Positions 1 to 8,911 of a stretch of 64,000 bases of DNA are shown in pieces. Below the pieces are notes generated by a model. It did no database searches and had not been told where the DNA came from. It worked only from the letters and a program-made list of their open reading frames with translations. This stretch comes from Nitrosopumilus sp. (GTDB lineage Archaea > Thermoproteota > Nitrososphaeria > Nitrososphaerales > Nitrosopumilaceae): positions 1,248,001 through 1,312,000 of the forward strand of contig CBDBLO010000002.1 in NCBI GenBank assembly GCA_965207075.1, in the 5' to 3' direction. The translations under genes were made by a program, and so were the position numbers. Positions within the stretch are counted from its first letter, which is position 1. The number at the start of each line of letters is the position of its first letter.

Positions 1-63
1 ATTATCAAAGTACACCACACCCCAGAGCAGACACAAACCCCCCCACGGCCTCGGCGGTAGTCA

Positions 64-339
64 TCAGTCCCAACCTCCCCATTCCGCGCAGACTAATATG
101 GCGCACGCGCCGGCGCCGTGCAGCGCAGACACATATAGTATGAGTAGCACCAGTGCGAGCGCGCCCAGGACAGCAAACGCAATAATGCTTTCAATGCGGC
201 GGCGCTCAAAGGCAAAGGCATAGCCGCGGTTTAAAAACCTCAGACATGATAGCGCGATCAGCAGCCCCGCGCCCGCGGCCAGGATTATGATCATGGCGAA
301 CTGCCACACAGTGTATGGCAGCAGCGCCTCGGCAGTCAT
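64..339 (-). CDS. Small membrane protein (2 TM), member of paralogous array
   Basis: Hydrophobic ORF, ATGA overlap with upstream gene; N-terminus LLPYTVWQFA shared with 991-1122. Confidence 0.7.
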   Translation of the reverse strand: MTAEALLPYTVWQFAMIIILAAGAGLLIALSCLRFLNRGYAFAFERRRIESIIAFAVLGALALVLLILYVSALHGAGACAILVCAEWGGWD

Positions 340-695
340 ATGACAAACGCCTCCTCGAACAGTCCGACCACCGTGTCATATGTTGACCACTGAATGCCGA
401 ACGCGGCCAGTCCGATGATAACCGGCGCACTCACAATCGACATGCGGCTGCAGTCCCGGAGCGCCATGAAGGCGGCCAGTCTGAGCGCGCTCGCTACCAC
501 GAGGGTGTTCAAAAACAAGAAAAATACAAAGATGAATGCACCGACAACCGCTTCCGGGCCGAGCCGGTACACTTGGGGCAACGCCAGCATGAGTCCGGCG
601 ACAGTTATCAGTCCCAGTAAGATTCCAACACCAATCTGAAAGACCACATCATCCACGTCCTGCGCCCCGTTTGTCACGCCGTCCGTCTTGCTCAT
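336..695 (-). CDS. Small membrane protein (3 TM)
   Basis: Three hydrophobic stretches; start/stop overlaps with both neighbours. Confidence 0.7.
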   Translation of the reverse strand: MSKTDGVTNGAQDVDDVVFQIGVGILLGLITVAGLMLALPQVYRLGPEAVVGAFIFVFFLFLNTLVVASALRLAAFMALRDCSRMSIVSAPVIIGLAAFGIQWSTYDTVVGLFEEAFVI

Positions 696-994
696 CAGCC
701 CAGCAACCCCCTGAACACAACTTCCGCATCACGCCCAAACCACATGACGCACGTCATGACGGATGCAAACGCGAGTGCGGTGAACACTATCCACCAGTCG
801 TCATGACGTCCCACATACGCAAGGATGAGAAACCCGACACTAACCAACAGGAACAATACAAAGCCTGTCCCCGCCTGCAGCATGTCAAATAACAGGAATA
901 CGATAACAGACATCCCTGCGATGGATAGAAGCACGATAAAGAGACCCGCCACCGCCGCCGCCACCGGGGCTCCATCCATATTCTCCTGTATCAA
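695..994 (-). CDS. Small membrane protein (3 TM)
   Basis: Hydrophobic ORF; TTGA overlap with 991-1122. Confidence 0.7.
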   Translation of the reverse strand: MIQENMDGAPVAAAVAGLFIVLLSIAGMSVIVFLLFDMLQAGTGFVLFLLVSVGFLILAYVGRHDDWWIVFTALAFASVMTCVMWFGRDAEVVFRGLLG

Positions 995-1122
995 CCGTTC
1001 AGCACCCCCTCAAACTTCGCCGCCACGGCATCGTACGCGAACCAGTGCGCTGCACCGGCGCATGCGCCGCCGACGATTGTGGCGAACTCCCAGACCGTAT
1101 AGGGCAGCAGCGGTTCTGTCAT
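991..1122 (-). CDS. 43-aa membrane micro-protein (MTEPLLPYTVWEFATIVGGACAGAAHWFAYDAVAAKFEGVLNG), not in ORF track
   Basis: Translated by hand; fills the gap exactly with 4-nt overlaps on both sides; similar to neighbouring paralogs. Confidence 0.7.
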   Translation of the reverse strand: MTEPLLPYTVWEFATIVGGACAGAAHWFAYDAVAAKFEGVLNG

Positions 1123-1439
1123 TCATTCCCCACCATATCCACCGGTTGCGGCAGCAACCTGTCCAGTTTTTCATTGAGCGCCCGCAGCTCGATGGCTATC
1201 TCCCAGGTGGCCTGGCATGTATGCCGGTCCAGATCACCGCCCGGGCCGGTACATTTTGAAGAATAGATGTCACGTTGGTACGACGGCGGCGGTGCGTCAT
1301 CCACTTCGTTGTCAGCGCCGGCCGGCTCCTGTACAAGTAACGCATAGGAGACCACAACCGGGCAGCAAACCGCTAGTATGATAATGCCTACGATAAACCA
1401 CGGTATTCTCCTGCCGCGGCCGTCCCCGTCGCCGCTCAC
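1119..1439 (-). CDS. Single-TM hypothetical protein
   Basis: GTGA overlap with TFB-like stop; TM IPWFIVGIIILAVCC. Confidence 0.65.
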   Translation of the reverse strand: MSGDGDGRGRRIPWFIVGIIILAVCCPVVVSYALLVQEPAGADNEVDDAPPPSYQRDIYSSKCTGPGGDLDRHTCQATWEIAIELRALNEKLDRLLPQPVDMVGNE

Positions 1440-2293
1440 CTCGACGACACCCCCGCATGCCCGCACACCTTCCGCCGGGCCATCCGCACCGCCATGCGGG
1501 CCGCCCGCCGGGGGTTCTTCTCACGCTCGGCCAGTATGGGTAGCAGCCTCTTGGCCGCGCCCGCTATCCTGCTGATTATCTCGGCCTCGTACTCGTTGGC
1601 CAGCGACTGCAGTTCGCACCCCATGGCAAACCTTATGGTGTCCTCGCCCCCGCCCTCGACCAGGTCAAGGAAGCCGCACCGCCGGAGCACCATCTCCCTG
1701 CCCCTGCCGTCGGGCGTCGGGCACATGCGCCTGCTGGCGTCCATGACGACGCGCAGGTAGGGATGGGCGTTCCTCACCCCCAGTTCCATGCGGATGCACT
1801 CCAACAGCTTTGACTCTACCAGGGGGCATCCCATGTACCTGCAGACGGCGTAGAAGCTGAGCACGAGGCACTTTGACTTGGTCAGTCCGAGTTCGCGGTG
1901 CAGTTTTTGGTACCACGTCCAGACTGACTGTCCGACGTTGTTCCGCACCCCCATCTTCTGGGCAATGTTGCTCACGACTGCCAGGTCTGTCTGCCTGTGC
2001 ACGTACTTGTCCCCCCTGAGCGTACGGTCGGGCTTGCCCCCGACCTCCATCTCCAGGTACAGGTTTGGGCGGCTGCCGGGCTGCCCCCAGTGCTGCTGCG
2101 GCGCGTGCTGCACGCCTGCGCCCGCGGACGAACTGCCGTCCCCTCCGCGCGCGGCGGCTGCAGGCACGCCGCCGTCTATGCCCGCCCCATACTTTACCAC
2201 GCCGCACGCAGAGCACACGACCTCGCCCGCGTCGGCCTCGACCTCAGCGGACGCCGGATGCCCACACGTATCCAAGACAATAACCCCCTCCAT
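1436..2293 (-). CDS. tfb: Divergent transcription initiation factor IIB (TFB)-like protein
   Basis: N-terminal Zn ribbon CGH..GEVVCSACGVV; cyclin-fold-like segment IAQKMGV...WYQKL...SFYAVCRYMGCP resembling TFB core repeat 1. Confidence 0.7.
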   Translation of the reverse strand: MEGVIVLDTCGHPASAEVEADAGEVVCSACGVVKYGAGIDGGVPAAAARGGDGSSSAGAGVQHAPQQHWGQPGSRPNLYLEMEVGGKPDRTLRGDKYVHRQTDLAVVSNIAQKMGVRNNVGQSVWTWYQKLHRELGLTKSKCLVLSFYAVCRYMGCPLVESKLLECIRMELGVRNAHPYLRVVMDASRRMCPTPDGRGREMVLRRCGFLDLVEGGGEDTIRFAMGCELQSLANEYEAEIISRIAGAAKRLLPILAEREKNPRRAARMAVRMARRKVCGHAGVSSR

Positions 2294-2506
2294 GCTTTCA
2301 GCCTCTCATTCGCTACCAGCAGAAGGTGCGATCACGTTCTTGCATGAACAGTGTTGCAATCTCCATGAGCATTTTTGTTGTACATGTGATATATTATGTT
2401 ACCTACCTTTCGGGGCGTGTACGCTCGCTCGCGCGCCTCCGGCGCGCTCGCTCGCTCTATCCTCCCCTTGCCCCCCCCCGCCAACGACCGCGCCCCCGCG
2501 CGCGGT

Positions 2507-2514
2507 CTTTTAAG
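2507..2514 (+). promoter_or_regulatory. TATA box (TTTTAAG) of leaderless AbrB-like gene
   Basis: ~25 nt upstream of GTG at 2534. Confidence 0.55.
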
Positions 2515-2533
2515 CGGCTTGACGTGTGCTGCC

Positions 2534-3307
2534 GTGGACAAGCACGTAAGGAAGGTGCGACACGTGCGCAATAATTCGTGGGCGCTGACGATACCGGACG
2601 ACCTGGTCAGGCGCCTCGGGTGGGACAACGGCGCGTACGTGGAGATGTATGTTGACGATGACGGCAGGCTGGTCGCGCGCGCCGACGGACAGCCGGGGGA
2701 CGTCGCCGTCGTGCGCGTACGCGCCGGGGTGACGGAGGCGGGCGTGCTCGCCGCTGACCCGGCGCCCGCGCCCCCGTCCCCGCCGAGCGCGCCGTCAACC
2801 GTGGGAACCGCGCCCCCGACGTACGCCGGATCCCCGGCCGCCGGCCCGGATGGCGCGCCCGAATCCAGGGAACCGGAGTCCGTCCCCCTGTGCGCCCCCG
2901 CCCATGACGGCGCGCCCGCGCGCGCCCCCGCGGAAGGCTGTCCGGAACCCTACCGGGGGATGGCCCGCCCGCCCGCCCCGGATGAACACTGTGTTGCCGC
3001 CGGACACGCGGTACGGGAAGAGGCGGCCGCCCGCCCCCCGGCGGCCGCCTCTTCTGTCGATCCCGCCGCCTCCGCCCATGATGCCGGGCTTGGAGGGCCG
3101 GAGCCACCGGCCCCCTGCCACACGCCCCCTGCTTTCACGCCCCCCGTCGACGGCGCCCGCGCGGAACCGGCGCCCCCCTGGGAGCGCCCGCGCGCGCCAC
3201 CGGCGCCCCGGGATGCGGACACGGAGCCGGCGCCCGCCCCCCCGGCCGACCCCACGGTTGACGGCGCGCGCCGGAAGCCCGGAGCGGGCGCCCCCGGCTA
3301 CTGCTAG
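2534..3307 (+). CDS. AbrB/MazE/SpoVT-family DNA-binding protein with long Pro/Ala-rich tail
   Basis: RKVRHVRNNSWALTIPDDLVRRLGWDNGAYVEMYVDDDGRLV is a typical swapped-hairpin motif. Confidence 0.75.
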   Translation: MDKHVRKVRHVRNNSWALTIPDDLVRRLGWDNGAYVEMYVDDDGRLVARADGQPGDVAVVRVRAGVTEAGVLAADPAPAPPSPPSAPSTVGTAPPTYAGSPAAGPDGAPESREPESVPLCAPAHDGAPARAPAEGCPEPYRGMARPPAPDEHCVAAGHAVREEAAARPPAAASSVDPAASAHDAGLGGPEPPAPCHTPPAFTPPVDGARAEPAPPWERPRAPPAPRDADTEPAPAPPADPTVDGARRKPGAGAPGYC

Positions 3308-3365
3308 TCCTCCTGCCGTTGTTGCTGCAGATCACGGTCGTGCCGCGGCGCCGTCACTTGGAGCC

Positions 3366-3666
<301 letters not shown>

Positions 3667-3690
3667 CCAGAACCACACCGGGGTCCCGTA

Positions 3691-4256
3691 ACGCGCGCGG
3701 ACACCGTCTTTCAACAATCAACACCCCCGCCCTCCTTCCGCGCGCGCCGCGGACACCGGGGAAACGCGCGCGCCACCACCTTACGACAAACGACGGGCCG
3801 GCGCGACAAGCCACATAACTGACGCGCGCGGACACATCTACCGGCTGACGCGCGCGTACCACATGACGCGCGCGCCACCTCCAAGACAAAAACGGGGCGC
3901 GCCGGTACCACGCGAAAAAACGGAGACCGTGCCGCGCGCGTACCCACCGCGCGCTTCAGACGGTATCTCTTCCCTCCGTCTCTCCTCCAACACTCTCCCC
4001 CCCACGCGCGCGCCACTCTAGCCACCCATTCCAACAACACGCCGCGCGAAGAAAGAGAACTGACGAACGCGCGCGACAACGCGGACGCGGGTGAAAGTGA
4101 AACGCGCGCGGACACCGGGACGCGCGCGCCCGGCTCCCCTCCAACTCCCGCGCCGTTCGTTTCTGTTAATAGGAAGTATGACGACGGTGGATGAAATACG
4201 ACGAAATTACACAATAGTATATTGCCCTTCAGCCGTCTGGAGGGAAAACGCGCGCG
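3691..4256. repeat. Dispersed ACGCGCGCG motif array
   Basis: Exact copies at 3691, 3764, 3822, 3848, 3866, 4004, 4067, 4102, 4120, 4248 plus CGCGCG variants. Confidence 0.85.
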
Positions 4257-4302
4257 CCAAGCGTTTTTCACGCCCTTTTAACAAACCCGTATTCCTGCAT
4301 TC

Positions 4303-5106
4303 GTGGAACAAACGCCACAAGACGAGGAAGCCGACCACCACGCCGGGCGCCGCGTGCTGCAGTTCTTCGTATGCCTGTCCGTCGTGATGCTGGTCGCGGC
4401 CATTGCAATCTCGATACACGGAGACCTGCCCCCCGGCGCCTCGGCGCAGACGTCGTCCGTTGACAATATGCTTGATGCCCTGCGCGCGGCGGACGACGAC
4501 GCGCGCGACAATCCGCCCACCTCCTGGCGCCTCGGCGACGGCCTGCAGTCGGGTGACTCCTTTACCTACCAAATATGTCACGACGCGCGCGCGGTGCAGT
4601 TCGCCCACCCCCACGACTGCTATATCCTGCGCATGGATTTCATCTACCGCACCATCCACCACGCGTACGGCAACGCCGGCGTGTCGGGCGGCCTGATATG
4701 GATTGTGGACGCCTCCTTTCTGACCGCCGACGGCAAGGACCGCCGCACCATACTGTTTGTAGACGAGCACTTCGGCGTGCACGCCACCACCTCGCTCGAC
4801 CGGCAGCTCGCGGCCTCCGTGGAGCATACCATCATGCGCCTCGCCGAGTATGGGCGGCAGAACCTGTCCGTGGGCTCGCACTGGGGCGACGTCAAGACGC
4901 ACTTCACCACGGTGCCGCTGTCCGTCGTATCGTGGGACGGCGACCGCACGGCGACGCTGGGATACGACGTCGGCGAATACGAGTCGCGCACCCTCATAAC
5001 GACGGACGTGCCATTCCCGACGTACAGCCTGTGGTTTGAACCGAACGACGCCCTGCCGGGGGAGCCGCGCAAGCAGCACGCGTACACACTGCTCGGGAGG
5101 GAGTGA
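4303..5106 (+). CDS. Membrane-anchored/secreted hypothetical protein
   Basis: N-terminal TM; WRLGDGLQSGDSFTYQIC resembles a recalled thaumarchaeal exported family; TATA at ~4276. Confidence 0.75.
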   Translation: MEQTPQDEEADHHAGRRVLQFFVCLSVVMLVAAIAISIHGDLPPGASAQTSSVDNMLDALRAADDDARDNPPTSWRLGDGLQSGDSFTYQICHDARAVQFAHPHDCYILRMDFIYRTIHHAYGNAGVSGGLIWIVDASFLTADGKDRRTILFVDEHFGVHATTSLDRQLAASVEHTIMRLAEYGRQNLSVGSHWGDVKTHFTTVPLSVVSWDGDRTATLGYDVGEYESRTLITTDVPFPTYSLWFEPNDALPGEPRKQHAYTLLGRE

Positions 5107-5264
5107 CAGACGCCCCCCACAATGCAAGCCCGCATTACCCCAGCTAAAAGCCACGCGCGCGCACCGGCACCCGTCCCTTCGGCCGGTTTTTGCCGGAAAA
5201 ACCCCCCAGACCCAACACAATTAAGCCACACACGCGTGGAAGAAACAGGAGATGATCACACAGC

Positions 5265-6782
5265 ATGAACCCCATAGTAGTCATTGGACTGGTGTCCGTC
5301 GTGGTAGCCGGCATGTACAGCGTGTACGACGGATTGGAGAAGCAGGCCGAACTCGCCGCCCTGCACGCCGACATGCTGGCCCGGCAGCACGCCGAGCACT
5401 CCGTCTTCGTACATGGCGAGGTGCAGGACGACGGCACGAACATCATATTTGTGAACAACGGCCCGCAGCCAGCCGAGCTCGTGCAGGTTCGCGCGTATGA
5501 CTCCAGCGTCGAGCCAGCGCCGTTAGTCAACACGTGGCAGGTGTCGTACGAACTGCCGCCGCTCGGCAGGTTCAACCTCACGGACGCGTCCTCCCCGCTG
5601 CCGCCCCCACCGTCCGACCTCAGGGGCACGACGCTGAGGAACGCGCTGGACGCCGACACGTCATACCGCGGGGTGACGTCTGCCGGCGGCATATTCGAGA
5701 TCACGTATGACCCGTCGTCCGCCATTATCACCCCGGACGGCGCGTTCGGCCCCATGTCCGCCGTGGAGTTTGACAGGGGAAGCGGTTCAAGGTCCCACGC
5801 CGGCGGCGTCACCACGACGGCCTACTATTACTCCGATCCGTCCATAACCTGCAAGACGCGATACGCAGTCGCGGGTACGTCCTATACCAAGTACTATGAC
5901 TTCATAGCCGTGTACAACCAGCCGTACAGCGTTTCCACCACCGGCCCCGGCCCCACCTACACGCACCAGCCGGCCGGCAGCGCGTCGTGGGACTACTTTG
6001 TGTTTGACCGCACTGGCAGCGACATTTCCAGCATCCTGCACTGCAGCAACTACGGCACAGTTATCGACGGCATCCCCGGCCCCCAGCAGAATGAGTCACC
6101 CCAAAACTTCCCAACGTACATCACGCAGCATTCGACATATAGCAACGTGTTCTACCGCACCCTCTCCACTACGAGCACCACCGTCAACCTCAGCCTGCCG
6201 CTTGACGGCGAGTTCACGGCACCGGCCGACGGCAAGTTTCTCCTTCGCGTCGATGCGCCTGTCACCGCGACCACCTCCGCCTCGTACGACGGCTCGAACC
6301 AGCTGATGTTCGTAAACAATGTGTGCCTGACCCAGTCCAATTACCCCCCTGTGGATTACGAGACCGTCACGGAGAACACCGTCAGCCAGTGGGAGTCCTC
6401 CCTCGGCACCCCCGCCCTCACGTCCTCGCTCAACGTCAGGATAAACGGGGTGTCCGCCGGAAGCCTCGGCCTGTCAGATGTGGTCCTGACGGACAGCAGC
6501 GGCGTGGGTGGCAGGAACTATGTCTTTGACAGGTGGGCCGACGGCGGCGGATGGGACTGCACCCTGACGCTGACCGCCGACATCGACGGCTCCTGGCTGC
6601 ACGGCGGCACCCTCACCGGCTGGACGACCGTCGATGCGCTGGACGGCGACCTCATTGAGATTGACGGCACGGTCAGGCTGCGGTACACGCCGCCGTCCGT
6701 TTCCTCCGCCACCATCGACACCACCGGCGCCAGGCTTGAACTGGACGACCCGCTGTTCACCGTGGGCCTGCTGCACAACTAG
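5265..6782 (+). CDS. Pilin/ArlF-G-like N-terminus fused to a Thr/Ser/Tyr-rich beta-rich domain (putative adhesin/minor pilin)
   Basis: MNPIVVIGLVSVVVAG TM, helix, then IIFVNNG, the same layout as 20618-21025 and 21490-21912. Confidence 0.65.
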   Translation: MNPIVVIGLVSVVVAGMYSVYDGLEKQAELAALHADMLARQHAEHSVFVHGEVQDDGTNIIFVNNGPQPAELVQVRAYDSSVEPAPLVNTWQVSYELPPLGRFNLTDASSPLPPPPSDLRGTTLRNALDADTSYRGVTSAGGIFEITYDPSSAIITPDGAFGPMSAVEFDRGSGSRSHAGGVTTTAYYYSDPSITCKTRYAVAGTSYTKYYDFIAVYNQPYSVSTTGPGPTYTHQPAGSASWDYFVFDRTGSDISSILHCSNYGTVIDGIPGPQQNESPQNFPTYITQHSTYSNVFYRTLSTTSTTVNLSLPLDGEFTAPADGKFLLRVDAPVTATTSASYDGSNQLMFVNNVCLTQSNYPPVDYETVTENTVSQWESSLGTPALTSSLNVRINGVSAGSLGLSDVVLTDSSGVGGRNYVFDRWADGGGWDCTLTLTADIDGSWLHGGTLTGWTTVDALDGDLIEIDGTVRLRYTPPSVSSATIDTTGARLELDDPLFTVGLLHN

Positions 6783-6819
6783 CGCGTCCGCCTTTTATCC
6801 TCCCCGCCGCCCTGCCGGC

Positions 6820-6954
6820 ATGGCAATCGAGACAAACGTGCCGTGCCCTGAGTGCGGCCGCATGCTCATGCAGTCCATGGGGGACGGGGACGATTACGCG
6901 TCATGTCCGGACACCGCCGGCTGCGGGTGGTCCGGGAAGCCGCCCGAGTCCTGA
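6820..6954 (+). CDS. CPxCG zinc-finger micro-protein
   Basis: CPECG...CPDTAGCGW; own TATA at ~6793. Confidence 0.7.
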   Translation: MAIETNVPCPECGRMLMQSMGDGDDYASCPDTAGCGWSGKPPES

Positions 6955-7017
6955 CTCCGGCGTAGGAGAAACCAGTTGACTGCACGGCGGTTAAATGCAA
7001 CCACGCGTCCTGCATGC

Positions 7018-7158
7018 ATGTCATCATACGGCGAATGTCCCGCGTGCGACGACAGCACACAACTCGAGAAGATGGAGGTCGACATAGGCGGCGGCCCCGA
7101 CACCCTCGTCACCGTGCAGTGCCCCAAGTGCGGGTTCAACCCGGAGGCCGGGCACTAA
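7018..7158 (+). CDS. CPxCG zinc-finger micro-protein
   Basis: CPACD...CPKCG; own TATA at ~6991. Confidence 0.7.
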   Translation: MSSYGECPACDDSTQLEKMEVDIGGGPDTLVTVQCPKCGFNPEAGH

Positions 7159-7228
7159 CCTACGGGTGTCGCGAACGCGCCGCCGCATGAAACCATCCGC
7201 CTTAAACGCAAACCCATACCCGTGTGGT

Positions 7229-7393
7229 ATGAGCGGCGAGTTTGTAAGCAGGTCAGACGCCGCCTGCCCCAAGTGCGGCGGCTGGACGTGCCGCATCGAC
7301 GACGAGAGCGCCGTCAAGGAATACTGGTCGGGTGGCGCGACGGTTGACGCCAAGTGCACCGAGTGCGGCGAGCCAGTCCATACAACGAGGTGA
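7229..7393 (+). CDS. CPxCG zinc-finger micro-protein
   Basis: CPKCG...CTECG; own TATA at ~7202. Confidence 0.7.
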   Translation: MSGEFVSRSDAACPKCGGWTCRIDDESAVKEYWSGGATVDAKCTECGEPVHTTR

Positions 7394-7475
7394 TCCTCCT
7401 GCAGTTTCGCCCGACGCCTTCCCTCCATAATCCCCTCCACCGCACCACCGCCCTGGTGCAGGAGCATGACGCCGC

Positions 7476-8111
7476 ATGATCATCGCCATCGAAGGAATAG
7501 ATAAGGCGGGCAAGCGGACGCAGGCCGTCCTGCTGCGGGACGCGCTCCAGAAGAGGCTCGTGGAATCCGCGCTCATCGACTTTCCGACAAAGGGCACGCT
7601 GACCGGCGAAGCCGTCGCCGCATACTTCAGAAACACCGCGCGCTCCGACCTCTACCCGTCGCACCACCGGCACGTCCTTCCGTGTCTGGCGGCAGCCGAC
7701 ATGTGGGCTGCCTCCGGCAGGGTCGAGTCGGCCCTCCGCATGCGCGACGTACTGGTGTTGAACCGGTCGCCGGCGTCCAACCTGGCGTACGGGCGGGCCG
7801 CTGAACTGAACCACGCATGGCTCCGCAGCCTGACGGCAGGCCACCCGGCCAACGGCACGCCGAGACTCACCGTCCTGTTGGACATGCCCGTCTCCGAATC
7901 CTTCAGGCGCGTCCCGGAAAACCGAGACGCCTTTGAGTCCGACCGTCATTTCCTGAACGACGTGCGCGCCACCTACCTGTCAGAGGCCCGCAGGCATAAA
8001 TGGACGGTCGTGCGCGCCAACCGCCCCGCCGCCGACGTACACCATACCATACTGCGCAGGGTGATGCCGCGCATACGCGAAGTGTTGCGACAGCGGGAGG
8101 CGGCGTTGTAG
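7476..8111 (+). CDS. tmk: Thymidylate (dTMP) kinase
   Basis: IAIEGIDKAGKRTQ P-loop, LVLNRSPASNLAYG, LTVLLD. Confidence 0.9.
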   Translation: MIIAIEGIDKAGKRTQAVLLRDALQKRLVESALIDFPTKGTLTGEAVAAYFRNTARSDLYPSHHRHVLPCLAAADMWAASGRVESALRMRDVLVLNRSPASNLAYGRAAELNHAWLRSLTAGHPANGTPRLTVLLDMPVSESFRRVPENRDAFESDRHFLNDVRATYLSEARRHKWTVVRANRPAADVHHTILRRVMPRIREVLRQREAAL

Positions 8112-8129
8112 CGCCTTCTGTGGCATGAA

Positions 8130-8200
8130 TAGCGAGACACGGAGTCGAACCGCGGACCTCAGGTTATGAGCCTGGCATGTTACCGTTACACCACATCGCT
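8130..8200 (-). tRNA. tRNA-Met(CAT), initiator-like (A1:U72), intronless, no encoded CCA
   Basis: Reverse complement AGCGATG-TG-GTGTAACGGTAACAT-G-CCAGG CTCATAA CCTGA-GGTC-CGCGG TTCGACT CCGTG-TCTCGCT-A folds into a cloverleaf. Confidence 0.85.
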
Positions 8201-8648
8201 GTAACTTATGGCGTCCGCAGGTTCTTATGCCTTTTGACCCGAGGTACTGGTGCAAATCCATGACCTGAGCGTCCTGACCACACACTCCGGACACAAAACA
8301 ATTCCCGCATTGCCAGTCATCACGTTCATCCTGTCCTGGTACTCCCTGCGTTCACCGTACTTCTTGATGCAGTGAACATCGGTGAACCAGACAATGCAGC
8401 ACAGCGAGATGCCGTGCCGCATCCCCCGCCAGAACTCCCTGTACTTTCCGGGCAGCATCATCATGACATGCAGCAAACCACATTTACACGTCACGGATTT
8501 GCGCCAGCATCCGACTGGATGAATCCCGGCCCGCGTGTTATGGTATGCACGTTCTAGCCAATAAATTATGGTACAGTTGTAATGGTGCATACCATATGCG
8601 CCATAATATTCATGCCATTATTGTGCGAACTGCAAAGAACCCAGCGGG

Positions 8649-8855
8649 TCAGGCCCACTTGTCAGGGCTCTTTTTCCTGACGTGCTTTCCGTCGATCGAT
8701 ACGGTGTCCCCATGCTCAAAGACCGTGTGCCACCTGCCGTTGCTGGGAAATATCCTGTCCATCTCGACTATCCTCTTCCTGGTGGGCGGCCTGTTCGTCA
8801 GGGCCCCCCACTTCATGTTGTCGATTTTTGGCATTATGTCGTTTATGTCCCTCAT
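8649..8855 (-). CDS. Small hypothetical protein (thaumarchaeal-type)
   Basis: 68-aa ORF MRDINDIMPKIDNMKWGAL..., TATA upstream; directly downstream of nrdJ. Confidence 0.7.
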   Translation of the reverse strand: MRDINDIMPKIDNMKWGALTNRPPTRKRIVEMDRIFPSNGRWHTVFEHGDTVSIDGKHVRKKSPDKWA

Positions 8856-8911
8856 TACAGCACGCCTGCCCGGTTCTCCTTAAAAACATCACTTATGCGG
8901 TTGCCATGCAA

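Noticed and set aside
1-64. Next gene of the membrane array (MTTAEAVGG...)
   Set aside because: The frame stops after 19 codons across a G7 run; a homopolymer error cannot be distinguished from a real frameshift at the window edge
8130-8160. tRNA 3' end as an att site
   Set aside because: No second copy seen in the window, and element-type genes lie on both sides
8225-8590. Possible integrase or transposase remnant next to the tRNA
   Set aside because: Lower GC, but no convincing R-H-R-H-Y or DDE motif could be read
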